Under the pieces are notes generated by a model. The model worked only from the letters and a program-made list of their open reading frames with translations, was not told the origin of the DNA and made no database searches. 64,000 bases of DNA from Trichosphaerium sp. ATCC 40318 (Eukaryota; Protista; Tubulinea). Of this stretch, positions 1 through 12,162 are shown piece after piece (the first letter of the stretch is position 1; every line of letters starts with the position of its first letter). A program made the position numbers and the translations under genes. The stretch spans positions 62,001-126,000 of the forward strand of contig JALMLS010000320.1 of assembly GCA_038496445.1 (NCBI GenBank), given 5' to 3'.

Positions 1-10
1 ACTTGTACAG

Positions 11-991
11 TTTGCTCAACATATTTATGACACGTACGTGTATTTTTTTGGTTGGGCGAAAAGATTTGGGGCGATTTAGCAAGTTTTTAATGTAACGCGT
101 AGCTATATTGCAGAGGAAGGCATTAATGCTGTGTCTTTACCTGAAGAGTATGATAGTGTACCTGGTACCAGAGAAGTACTTGGAGAACAAATAAGTAATG
201 GAGAGATTGATCAAATGATGTTTGATGAAATTTGTGAGGTACGGTGTTGCACTAGTTATTGAGTGGAGTTTGGCTGTTTTTGTAGTTAGAAGCCCTGTAC
301 AAAAATAATTGCAATTCTACAAAAATGTTCTTGCCGCGAAAGTCAGAGTTCTGCATCGTTACTAATTACCCGTGTAGTGTATAGAATCTTTAATGATAAC
401 TCATTACAACAAGTTCCAAAACTTGCCAAATGAGAAGTCTTCTCGGACACCTACTACGAGTAGCGATAACCTATGGAAACAACTAGACGGTAGTGATCCT
501 AGATTCACAATAGAGTCTTTTAGAAAGTTTCTAAAGAAAAAGAAGGTCGAACACTATCTAGACTTTCTAGCTAGAGTAGAAAAGTATAAGGATCTATCTC
601 CTGAAGGAGATGATCTTCTACGTGAAGCAGAAGGTATTTGGGATACCTTCCTTTCTAGAAAAGTTAGAAGACATTTGGAGGTTGATAAACGAACCAAAGA
701 AGGTCTTGAGAGTAGGATCGTTAGTAAGAAAGCGATGCCTAATCTTTTTAAAGCTGCTGAAGATGAAGTAGTTACACTACTACATCAGCGTCTATTAGCG
801 TAAGTCATGGTTTTTTTAGCGTGCCTTAAGTTAACTTAATTTACCCTTAAAGACTCGCTTAACTTTGAAGATTTTTTTCTTTTTTGTTGTTGTCCGTGTT
901 AACGTTTTTCTTTTGGTTTAGATTTAAACACAAGAGTCAGAGGAGTAACTCCAAGAAGCGGAGACACAATTCTGGTTCTGGTGGTAGATAA
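11..991 (+). CDS. RGS (regulator of G-protein signalling) domain protein, 3' part, at least two RGS-like domains
   Basis: ORF 393-803 has FRKFLKKKKVEHYLDFLARVEKYK...AEGIWDTFL...LEVD...LFKAAEDEV (RGS pattern). Upstream exons give AQHIYDTYI...FDEICE. Last exon ends GSGGR*. 5' end lies outside the window. Confidence 0.8.
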
Positions 992-1385
992 AGGATTTAC
1001 TTACCACCGCTTAATACCAAAAAAAACCCCAACTTACAGCTTACCGTTTTTACCTTTGTTCATAACACCTTGTAAATAAAAATGGGTTGGTAAGCATAAA
1101 CAAAGAGGAGTTTAAATTAGCTTAGTTTGCAAGTGTCAGCAACGCCTTGGTAAACGTGTTTAATTAGAAGTAAGGCAATAAACTAGAGTCAATGTGCAGG
1201 GCACTAGCATGAAGCAGTAAATCTTCTGTTCTAGTTGATAAACAAGACCTAAAAGAATATAATAGATTGTGCTTGCTAGAAAACAAGGTTCTGGTATGAT
1301 CCAATGTAAAGAGATGTTAGTTTCGGAAGTACTAGTTTAATTTTCTATTCACACATTAACACAATAAAAGACTGGGTTGGACAGG

Positions 1386-2993
1386 TCAACCTAGCATAGC
1401 ATCTTCTATTAGTGTCATACCAAGCAATCGTCCTTCATCATCAAATAGAATACCTTTTGATTTCAGAACATCCATTACCTTTGTAAGAAACTAACCAAAC
1501 ATAAGAAAAATCAAACACATAGTGTGCTCTACCTTGCGCCATAGTCTTTGAAATTCCATTATATCCTTTGGTTTACTATCATAATAAAATACAGCAAAGT
1601 TGAGAAACAGAAGTGCTAAATGAATGAGATACAACAAAGTGAAAAAAAATACAACATAAAACATCACTGATTAACCCATTTATGTCAAGAAAAAATTCTG
1701 TAGAGCCTGGAACCCTTAGAAGCTCTCAGGCAATACATTTTCCACCTTTCACTCAGCAACCCATTAGGTTGTTTTTAAAGATATCTAGAGCTCAGGGCAC
1801 CAAGTGAAATAACAAAGGTTTTTTATCACGTGATTTCTAAAATAAAAATAGGACAAAAAAGGAGTACCATAAACTTTAAAGAACTGTTTCTTTGGATCAC
1901 CATTCCTTAGAAAATGAGAATCTAACTTTCTTGAACAAACAGCAAGCCAATAAACAAATTCTGTTAAATTAATGCCAGTTATAGCCAGCGGAAACCCATA
2001 TCGTGTATCACTAGCCAACCGAAATGTGCGCATTGCAGACCTAAAAGATACCGTCTGTCAGTCATAGCAGTCCATTACAATATCTGTACATACGCTGGAT
2101 ATGTCTTGGCAAAAACTGAAAGACAAACCAAACCAAGCATGCCCATGCCTCTCTGTTTATAAACAAAATTAACAACACTCAAAAAAAAAAACATTGAGTA
2201 CTTACAAAATCTGTTTCTGGAGCTTTTCCTTGAAACCCAAGCTTGCTCCATTGATCGTCAGATGTTCTCAGACTGTTAGGGCAAAGATTACTCCAAAACT
2301 AACTATATATCAGGGCTATGAATACAAAATATAAAACACTCGAAAAGGGTGTTTTTATATGTAACGTACATCTTCTAACATTTTGACATCATCTGGATTT
2401 TTCCTGTCAAACTTTTGAGAACGTATTGATTCCAATGTTAAGTTCTCTTCTTGTATCTCCATATAACTATTCAAGAACACTTTCAAGTTTTTAGAACACC
2501 TAAGAATACAATATAAACATATAACTAAAAAAGAGAAAACTGAGGAAGGGTAGCAACATGCCGAGTCATTAAAGAAAAAAAAAACAAAAAAAAGTTGAAG
2601 TTTCGATTATTAAAATTCCTTGTTTTCATGCTTCTCAACGAACCTGGAGGAATTTTGTTCTGTAATACGCTTTTCTCTAGCAATAAGAAATTGTGTTAAA
2701 CCAACCTAGGTTCATTTAGGAAGGTTATAAGTCAGACACGAAAAAAGGCGTACAAAATTATCTTTATCAGGTGGCGGCATATGATCCTTCATTGCATGGT
2801 ACGAGTCCTAATAGTGTAAATTAAAACTAATTGACGTTTTAACTTCAAAAAAAAGTTTGACAGGTGACGTGGCGACCACTTTGTAAACAAGTGTGGTGAT
2901 AGAAAAAGTGGTTTACGAAGTGTTTGGATGATTTGTTCGGCATTGAGGTGATTAATGTTCACACCCTACCTGAAACGCCTTTGACGCCGCCAT
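1386..2993 (-). CDS. ELMO/CED-12 domain protein (ELMOD-like)
   Basis: Spliced exons give WSKLGFQGKAPETDFRGMGMLGLVCL and YGFPLAITGINLT, both ELMO domain hallmarks. Start MAASKAFQ is inferred. Confidence 0.85.
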
Positions 2994-3693
2994 ACTCCTA
3001 TCTAATGATGTCAGTCTTGTAAAAACCCATTATTGGCAATCACCTAATAAAAGAGCGCGTTTTCCGTCGCAAAGCTTCTCAGACGCCGCTAAACGCTCTA
3101 TTTCTACACTGAAGTGAGCTTTACAATTTTTTGTCGCAAAACGGACCACTCTGTCCTGTTGCTCGGTGATAACAGAATTTAAATACCTAGGTCGCTTTAA
3201 TACAGTGTTTTCAACCTAATAAACGCACTTTAGAAACATAGTACAAAATAGTGCTCCAAATTGTTTCAAGCAGCGATTTTTCGCTTAAAGATGCGTAAGG
3301 ATACACAGGTCTATACTTTCTTATGCTACAAGCTAAGTCGTAGTTATCCATTGGGTGCCAAGTGTAAAAAAAAGGTAAACTAACAAGACTTGACTTAATT
3401 GCACTTGAAACACGTTTTCCACGCTGCTACACCTAAAATACCTCACGCCATTAATCATTAGTATCACTTTTGATGCTAACTCTAAACGGAGTCTAAAAAC
3501 AAAGTGAGCTCGTGTTAGTTAAAACTGTCTCATCGTAAATTCGTGGCCTTGTACAGTTGCATTGACATTTTGTATTGTAATGTTCCCTGTTCTTTTTCTT
3601 CAAGTCAGTGCGAATTAGAAAGTCAAAAGCGATCATTCAAAACACGTGATTTTGTAAACCAAAGATCCTACACAGTGAACCATTAAAGTGACT

Positions 3694-4629
3694 ATGGTAC
3701 TCTACAATCTACCAAGATTTAATTTTAACTATACAATGACAGGATTCTCCAACGGGCAAAAGGCGAATACCGCTTTCAATACAATATCTAACGAAAGAAT
3801 ATGTGGATGAAACTATTGACGTAGCCATTGAGGTATTCTCTCGCTCAAACACAATTGTACGAGCGCTAGAACTCACTAGTGAAGAAATAAGACCATATTT
3901 CTCTTACTTAGTTGAAAAAGCTTCCAAATACCCATCAGTACGCTCTATTGACATTTTCCAAAGAAAATTCTCATCACGTGATTGATTTTTATCATTACAA
4001 TCAATTTCTTGCTCAAGAATTTTTTATTTTTCTCACTTACACGCTCCCCTCCACTAAGTATGCTCAAAGGTTATAGCACTTGATGGCACCACAATTGTTG
4101 GTTTTATTCTTTGCTATGACTATACGGCTAATGATATGGACTACACAGGCGAGCTATCACCTAAGATGCAAATACGAAAGGCTTTCTTATCTCAATGTGA
4201 GGAAGAAGCTCTACCCGCTTTAATACGTGAGGGTATACCAAGGGGACACGGTAACATCATTCATGGGGCAATAGGTGGATTACGCGAGCGTTATACCAGA
4301 CAACAACACTTGGACATAATGGTGCTAAATCACTCTGAGTTTTCTTCCCACTCACTTACTCTTCTTACTAGTTTATGAGATTATATGAAGGATTGTTGAA
4401 AGCAGGGTATACACACCTCTATGGGATAGTAACACATCCTGGGACTCATAGGAAAATTTATAGAAACATTGTTCTAAAAGAAAAGAAGTGGGATTCGTTC
4501 ATTTACAAAGATGGGACAAAACCTCTGGCGAAAATAACAAACCCACGTAGTGTTTTCGTGTTTATTCTTGATATATCACGTGAATTGCGCATTGCAAAAC
4601 AAAAATATAAACAACATTCCCGGTTGTAA
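3694..4629 (+). CDS. GNAT-family acetyltransferase-like protein (AANAT-like), C-terminal PTS1 (SRL); paralog A
   Basis: ATG-only first coding exon then DSPTGKRRIPLSIQYL. Contains VIALDGTTIVGFIL, YTHLYGIVTHPGT and WDSFIYKDGTKPL; ends HSRL*. Clear paralog at 52347-53282. Confidence 0.65.
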
Positions 4630-4834
4630 GCCAAACCAAATAAAAAATGTCAAACCATGCACTTACACAATCTTATACGCCTTTGTCCGTAACTGATGTA
4701 TACGTTGAATTTATTGCAAAGTACTATAATCCGTATCTGTTGAAACGTCAGATATCCGAAAATTTGTAGATGTGTAACAAGACCAGTGAAGACTTTTTTT
4801 CTGTTTTTTTTATTGTTAAAAATCAATATGTATA

Positions 4835-6341
4835 ATGAGTATAGTGACGTCTAACGCCGCTTTGTTATCTATCCAAGACGCTAATAAGAAGTTCCTAAAC
4901 GGGTTGGCAAGTGTAAACCGTGGAAAGACATACCTGTTCTATAATTCCGACTCAATTAGTAAAATTTATATATGGGACAGTTGTAAGGTACCAAAAAATA
5001 TAAAATCTGAACCGAGGCCTTCGCGTTTTAGTAGTTTTTTAATCAACTTTTGGACGCTGTCTTTTGTACCCAACAACCTCCATATTGCTTTTTTGCGTAG
5101 AAAATGCCTTTCGGCTATGTCTCACATAAAAATGCGGAAGTTTTGGAATTGTAGAACAAATGTAATTTTGCTTTGTACAAAACCATTGTTTATATCATTG
5201 TTGCGTGTAAGGTATTGCTGTATGTACTTTGTACAGAGTATTCAATCATTTTTAAGGCTTGAGCTGTTATTGTAACAAGCATGTCGCTAAATCTGTTTCG
5301 TTAACACCTCTAGGTTCATTTCCTTACTCTGCTCAGTTCAACAAAAGCAGAAAGAGATCAAATCATACAAGAATTCAGAGCGATATTTGGAGAAGCAATA
5401 GTCGCGTACAGGCTACCATACTGCGGAGAACTGTAAGATCATTTAAATGTTTTTTTTTCCTCTTTTTTTCTGGGTTTTGTTAATCTGGTTGAACCCTAGG
5501 TTTGATCTTTCCGTCCGTCTTGACGCTATAAGTGTGCTACATTCAGGTGCCGTAAAATACTTTGATTGGAGTTTTCAGAGGTATGAGAAATATCAATATC
5601 TACGATGGCCATCGATAAGACTAGTACTGCTATCTCACTATAAAGACGATGGGTTGTTTGGTATACTTCCAATGGAAATAATTCAAATTATTTTGAATTA
5701 TCAAGTGAAAGAAATGGTAAACTCTGTCTGTTGTGATAAAACAGAAGGATTTACAATCGACAAAAGCTTCTCAAGACTATTTTCTTGTCGTATGTCTATG
5801 AACCAGCTGTTCACGTTGGATTTGCAAAGAGTTTTTTTTAGTGATAATACTTGGTTTGAATTAATGGATTCTATCAAGTTATGTACTTCATTAGAACAAC
5901 TTAAGATTCATTTCTGGAGCGGGTACTTTGATTGATATTACATTCTTAAACCTCACTGGTAATAACAGCTTTATTAGGAATGATAAACTTGGGTTTAAGA
6001 GTGAATATAACCCAGCTCTTATAGAAGCATTGAAGAACACAAAGTCAAATATAAAAGTGTTTTCATATGCTTACATGAAACTTAGCATACCAGAACTAAA
6101 GAGTTTTGCTGACCCATCTTTCTTGCCGAGATTGAGGAAACTTAGTCTATTATTTTTGCCACGTTCTGGGTTTGTATTACAGCAAATAAGATTGATTGTT
6201 GAATCTAGAAGAAACAAGCTTAAGAAAGCTGCGTTTCATGGTGTTCAAACTTGGAGTAGCAATGTGGAACAATGTCGCAAGGAAATCTTTAATTTGCTTA
6301 CAAATAATAATGTTGAGGAAGACTATGAATTGTACAATTAA
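4835..6341 (+). CDS. Hypothetical multi-exon protein with F-box-like motif and RNI/LRR-like C-terminus
   Basis: Consecutive ORFs joined by GT-AG introns; LPMEIIQIILNY (F-box-like), LEQLKI and LPRLRKLSL. 5' exon structure uncertain. Confidence 0.5.
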
Positions 6342-6614
6342 AAAATAACTATTACTTGGTACTTTTTTGAATTAAATCTTATTACACTTGCAATCTTATT
6401 CGCCAATTCTACTACCATGTGTAGCAATTACTTTTCATTAAGCTCTCAAATTTAGTTAAACATGAACAGATCAATGCTAGTGATAGTACACCTACATATC
6501 ATATTGAAACAAATAAAAAGACATTGCAGTAAGTAAAACATTAGACTTAAGTCAAAAAGCACCTCATGCAAACGTGATTATGTACAATACAATTTTTTAT
6601 TATTGAATATCTGT

Positions 6615-7384
6615 TTACAAGATACGGCACTTTTTATATTTCTTATTCTTTCTCTTTGAAGGATGTAAAACGCTTTGTACTGTGATATCAAAAATATCTT
6701 TTATACTTTTATAGTCAGTTTTTGCTGAACATTCCATGTGTTTTACTGCGCCTTGCACTTTAGCCACTGATTGACCTTCTTCTATAGGTATTCCTCCGTC
6801 AGGCATAATCTGTTTTAAGTCTGACTTTGTTCCTACTAAGATAAAAGGAACACCAGGAGCATAATGTGATATTTCTGGAATCCATTTTGTTTTAACATTT
6901 GATAATGAATTCTCATTGGCGCAAGAATAACAAACAAGGAAAATCCCAGCATTTGCGTATGAAAGTGGTCTTATTCTATCATATTCTTCTTGCCTAAAAA
7001 ACATTGGTTAGGTCACAAATCATTAAAACAACAAAATAGTTTTTTGGTTTGCAGAATTCGAAAAGACTTCACGTACCCTGCTGTATCCCAAAGTGTCAAA
7101 TTAATTTCCTTTCCTGTTGATGTGCTTAATGTGCACGCATAGTTATCACTAAAGGAAGCATAAGTCATCTCTTAGTAACACGTGTTCAAAAGGAGCAAGT
7201 AAAAAGTGAAGCACTTACAATACTGTTGGCGTGTATCCTTCAGGGAACTTTCCTTTAGCGTATGTAAGTAGCAAAGCCCTACGAAAAGAGGTAAGAAAAA
7301 AAAGAGTTCATTGCGCTTTCGATCTTACGTTTTCCCTACAGCTCCGTCTCCTACTACGACTACTTTAACTTCTGTTGCTGACAT
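6615..7384 (-). CDS. Rho-family (Rac-like) small GTPase, paralog A
   Basis: 4 exons: VKVVVVGDGAVGKT, YTPTVFDNY, LWDTAGQEEYDRIRPLSY, VGTKSDL, ECSAK; polybasic tail and CAAX (CRIL). Confidence 0.95.
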
Positions 7385-8571
7385 GTTGTTCTTGTTGGTG
7401 TTTGTTTATTTTGATTCCTTTTTCATTGCTCTTAGCCTAACAGTTCTTTTCGGCCGAACCGGATTAAGTGAACCCGAGAAAAAACTGGCTTGTAGAAAAG
7501 CAGCCCATAATATTATATTGAACTTAAGCTAGGCTGCTAGGAGCACCACTAGTTATCGGAGTACAGCACTTGTAATTTTAACTGAACAACTTTTAGAAGG
7601 AAAATCACGTGTTTTCAGGAAAGTCGCTCATTCATGAAAATCGTTATTATATACGCAACGATAGCCATCAGTCACAGATTAACCAACAAAAAAAGACTGT
7701 AGCTTTAAAATAGCAGCACAACCACAATTAACACGTGATTTAGAGAAAAAAAAACCGATTGGTAGTATTTTCCGTAGGTGCGCTTGAAATACAACGTAAG
7801 CGCCCACAGGGGCGAACGAGACCGACAAGGTCGAACGAATTAATGATTATTTATTGGTTAGCCTCCTATCGCCGCCAAACGACAGTACTGGCGTAACCAT
7901 ACAGTCGAGAGGAGTATTTAACATGAAAACCTATTGAAAAAATCCAAAACACGCTCAAGGTATCTGTAGAGGTGATTGTGGCACTCACCGCATCACGATC
8001 CACTCCAAAACAATGTTACATTGCAAAAAAATTTGGTTTTGGGTTTTAAAATCACGTGCCCAGTGCTAGTTCATAATTTCTCCACCAGCAAGCCTCCAAT
8101 AACTTTGGATCTACTAGTTCTAGCAAATTGTCAGTGCTGTAAGAGCTAACAGAAGGTGCAAGATCTGTCAGATCCGACTAAACACGAAAACCAAAAGTCA
8201 CAAACAGCAAAAAGTTGCAAAGTTGAACGATACGGACAATTTAACCTCGATCCATAATATCTAAACAAGGCTAATTCAATAGATTACTTCATATTCTAGA
8301 CAGTAAATAAACAAGCAAGCAAAACGAGGCATCAATAATTAAGCCAGTAGCGAACTTGTAAACAATACACTTTATAGATGGTAAATACAACTAATTTTGT
8401 AAACTTCACAGTCACAAGTAACACGTGATTTCTGCAAAAAAAGCGCCGAAAAGGGCTGCCCTCCGCTGTCTATGATAAAACCACAGTCAGACTGATCAAC
8501 TTGGCGTATCCTCTTACTGGGAAAAAAAGCAAAAAAAAATAATCAAAGCGTTAGTGAACTTGCAAACAACT

Positions 8572-10095
8572 TTAATACTTTGTGTTTACACCACTTTTGT
8601 AGAGTCTATCAGCAAGTTCTTCAGAAATAGGAGGTACAGATATATACACCACCCTTAGCTTAGTACCTAAGAATGGTTCAATACCTTCATTTGTAATTAA
8701 CGGACAAGCCATAGCATTAAATACTTCCACTCCAAGCAACGACAGAACACCCTTATTTGTAATGAGTGGGCATACTTGAAAACGTACTTCTTTGGCACCA
8801 GCAAAACAAGAAATACCGGCATCAGTCAGTTTATCACAATAATCAACATTGATGATCTCTACACCTTTAAGAGCAAAAGCACTCTCATCTGTAATAAGGT
8901 TACAGTGAGAAAGAATAACATGTTTAGCACCAGAAAGTGCTTTAACACCTTCATCTGTGAGTTGGTTGCATCCAAAAAGATTAATCCTTTCCACACCTGC
9001 GAGAGCTTTGACACCTACATCTGTGATATTCTTACATTCATAAAGCGATATATACTTTACACCAGACAGCCCTTTAAGGCCTTCATCGCCAATATTCGTA
9101 TTATCAGCAAACACTTTCTCAGCGCCTGCTAGAGCCTTAAACCCAACGTCTGTAACAAGCTTACAATCGCTAAGCTTGATCCTACGAATACCAGCTAAAG
9201 CCTTGACACCTTCGTCGCCTATTTTTTCGCAATTATCGAGGTTGATCCATTCTACACCTGCAAGAGACTTTAACCCCTCATCTGTTATGACTTCATTGCC
9301 TGATAGGTTTATCTTCCTTACACCAGCGAGAGCGTGAAGAGAAAAATCTGTAACCTGCACGTGTCTTAGTTTAACAGTATGTGCCCCTTTGAACAACGAA
9401 ATACTGGCATCAGTGAACTGTGATTCTTGGTTGACATCAAGAATACGAGCTCCAGCGAGATGCTTAAGGCCTTCGTCGGTCGTTTTGTCATTATATCTCA
9501 TGTGTACTTCTTCAACACCAGCAAACGCTTTTAAGGCTTCATCAGTTATTTCCTCCAAGTTCCACAAATTTAGCACTTTAACTCCTTTGAAAACTGATAA
9601 AGACGCGTCATCTACTTCAGAGCACGATATCGACACTTCTTGAGCTCCTACTAGGTGTTTAAAGCCAGCACTCGTGGTGTTTTTAAGCGAATTCAACCCA
9701 ATTCTCTTGACACCCTTCAAATACGCTAATCCGGCGTCGGTGATACCTTCTCCATCTTCTGCTTCTAAATCTACAACGCCTGCTAATGCTTGAAGGGCTT
9801 CGTCCGTAGTGTTACAACCAATCTTGATTGCTTTAGCTCCGGCCAATTCTTTTACTAGATCTGGGTCTACAGCGTATCCTACGACGATTTTGGTGTTTCT
9901 CAGCAAGTTTTTGTGTTTTGCGACTTGTTTGATGTTGTCATTGTACACATACACTGTCCCGAGACCAAGGTTATCACGTATGAGGCGGCAGAACTGTTTA
10001 CTGCACAGAGAAGCCAAATTCCTTTGTTTTACGTCTGTAACGTTTTTAAGAACTTCTAATACCATTTCGGTGGGTATTGTTGCGAATAAGGACAT
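8572..10095 (-). CDS. Intronless F-box plus leucine-rich-repeat protein (22-aa repeats)
   Basis: N-terminal IPTEMVLEVLKNV...ASLCSKQF (F-box-like), then about 18 repeats resembling ITDEGLKSLAGVEWINLDNCEK. Probable ATG at 10095 (MSLFATIP). Confidence 0.85.
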   Translation of the reverse strand: MSLFATIPTEMVLEVLKNVTDVKQRNLASLCSKQFCRLIRDNLGLGTVYVYNDNIKQVAKHKNLLRNTKIVVGYAVDPDLVKELAGAKAIKIGCNTTDEALQALAGVVDLEAEDGEGITDAGLAYLKGVKRIGLNSLKNTTSAGFKHLVGAQEVSISCSEVDDASLSVFKGVKVLNLWNLEEITDEALKAFAGVEEVHMRYNDKTTDEGLKHLAGARILDVNQESQFTDASISLFKGAHTVKLRHVQVTDFSLHALAGVRKINLSGNEVITDEGLKSLAGVEWINLDNCEKIGDEGVKALAGIRRIKLSDCKLVTDVGFKALAGAEKVFADNTNIGDEGLKGLSGVKYISLYECKNITDVGVKALAGVERINLFGCNQLTDEGVKALSGAKHVILSHCNLITDESAFALKGVEIINVDYCDKLTDAGISCFAGAKEVRFQVCPLITNKGVLSLLGVEVFNAMACPLITNEGIEPFLGTKLRVVYISVPPISEELADRLYKSGVNTKY

Positions 10096-11884
10096 GTTTG
10101 TTATAATTAGAGCACTGTCCACGGAAATTCCACAGATTTTGACCTTTGTTGCCATGTCATTCATTCATTGAAATACACAAACTCTAATTTGTAGTGGTAA
10201 AGGAGGAATTTCTACGTAAAGTTTGTAAGAGATGTTGTAACGCTTGTGTAATTGTTAAATCTGTTTATTACATGAACGTGTTACAAGGTCTTTAATGAGT
10301 GTTTCTAGTGAGTGAATGTATCTCATGGTGTGAAACATCTTGAATAGACTTCGAGTGACTTCGTGAACGAGTTTCGTGATAATAACTGATGTTCATATAT
10401 GCAAGTGGAAGATTGGTTTGGTGCAACTCCAAATGTCAACCTTAGTGCGCACCAGTGTAGGCTTGCTTACAAATGGGGCAGCCCCAAAGCGTGGACAAAA
10501 GCAAGTATAGTAAAGTTTCCTCTTTGCTTGCGAACCACGTGGCTGTTAGAATGCTAGAAAGCCCACAAAACAACGGTGAGCAAATAAAGTAAGGGCAAAG
10601 TGAGAAATACCTAAAGAGCATGATAGGTGCATTTTTTTTGTACACGTACAACAGAATATTGGCACAGAAGGTCAGAAGTAACGATTATTGCGATAAAGGC
10701 AAGTTGTTTGCCTTCCATCAACTATCACCATTTTATTGATACCAAAAGCTGAAGCTGACACATTTAGCGCTCACAGCGTGTTAAATGATAAATTACAACT
10801 TCTACTATATATAATTCGTTTGTTTATTTTACATCATAGATCAATACGCCCGCTATTTTAGGTTCAAACATCTCACGTGTTACAGAGGTGGAAAAAATTA
10901 GGTGGAATGTACTAAAGATGTCGTTACTAGCTAAAAGGACAGTGCTTTTCTTCTCCAAATAGTGTGCAAAGCCTGTTCAGATTTGCAACTTAGTACCAAT
11001 TAATACCACGACAAGCTATAAGTAAAGTCGTCAATTATTTTTAAGTAAACAACATTTCTTCGCTGTCTTTGGGTGGTTTGATAAGATTAGAAACTTGTTC
11101 TAGAAGCCATTGTCCTTGCCACCAAAATGCTGTTTTCTTCCCTAATAAAACTGATGCTATGCGTCTAACAACTGTGTTTTCGCGATTTATTATACGTTCT
11201 AGAGGCCTACAGGTTTTTCAATTGTGAGAATAGTAGTTCAAGAAACCACTACCTTCTTCCATCAAAAGAGGGGACGTTTTTATTTGTCGATAATTTGCTA
11301 AAAGGCCATTGTAGCACTGTTTGAGATCCATAGTTCCAATACAGATTGTGAACACTTTTCTGAACGAACCATGGAAATAGTATTTTTCCGATCAAGTGGA
11401 ATACACAGTGTGTACTGTACTCAAGATTAACAAATGATAGGCCCGTGCTTGTTATCATACGTTTGTATTCAAACGATTCGTCAATACATTCTCTTTTTTT
11501 TAAAACAGATGGCTATGATTGACAACATGAAGCAGGCGCTAGTTAACTTCAGAACCTAAAATGTGCGGGTAACATTTATGAATCCAGGTTCACGTAATAA
11601 ACACGCATGAGAGTACACACGTGTATTGACCTTTCACAACTATTTTTCCGAAGCCAGCATGCTGTGAACGTTACTTAACTAGTTTTCTTCGATATTTTAA
11701 ATACGTTCTGTATCACGTGTTCATGTTGTAGGGCAAGGTATTTTTCTTTGTTGGATCACATCTTTACAGTGAATAGAATTACCGCGTTTTTCGGGCTTAC
11801 TTACTCAAAATAGTGGGAACTGTGACTTATTGGTACTGGTTTAAAATCATAAACTATCAATCCCAACAAGAACAACAACTCAAC

Positions 11885-12162
11885 ATGCAATACCTTACAC
11901 TTCTCGCACTTGCCTTACTTGCTCTCATTGCAATAAGCATGGTAAACTTCCTTTGCTCTTTTGACATTGAAAAGTCACTAACATTACCAAGGCACAAGAT
12001 GATACTGACCTAACTCGTGATCCTTGTGTACAACGCTGCCTCCTCAAAGGCCGTCAATGCATCAGAGTGGGCAAACTCCTTCCTAAAGTATGTAAAAAAC
12101 GTACTCGTGCCTGCCTCGTAAACTGTATATCAGATGACCCAGTTACTGATACTTCAGCTTAA
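11885..12162 (+). CDS. Small secreted cysteine-rich cationic peptide precursor (75 aa)
   Basis: Exon 1 (11885-11941) is the signal peptide MQYLTLLALALLALIAISM; GT-AG intron 11942-11991 with ACTAAC branch site; exon 2 gives AQDDTDLTRDPCVQRCLLKGRQCIRVGKLLPKVCKKRTRACLVNCISDDPVTDTSA*; AATAAA about 25 nt after the stop. Confidence 0.8.

Noticed and set aside
8776-10171. Plus-strand ORFs overlapping the LRR gene
   Set aside because: Antisense shadows of a repetitive coding sequence with no recognisable protein features.
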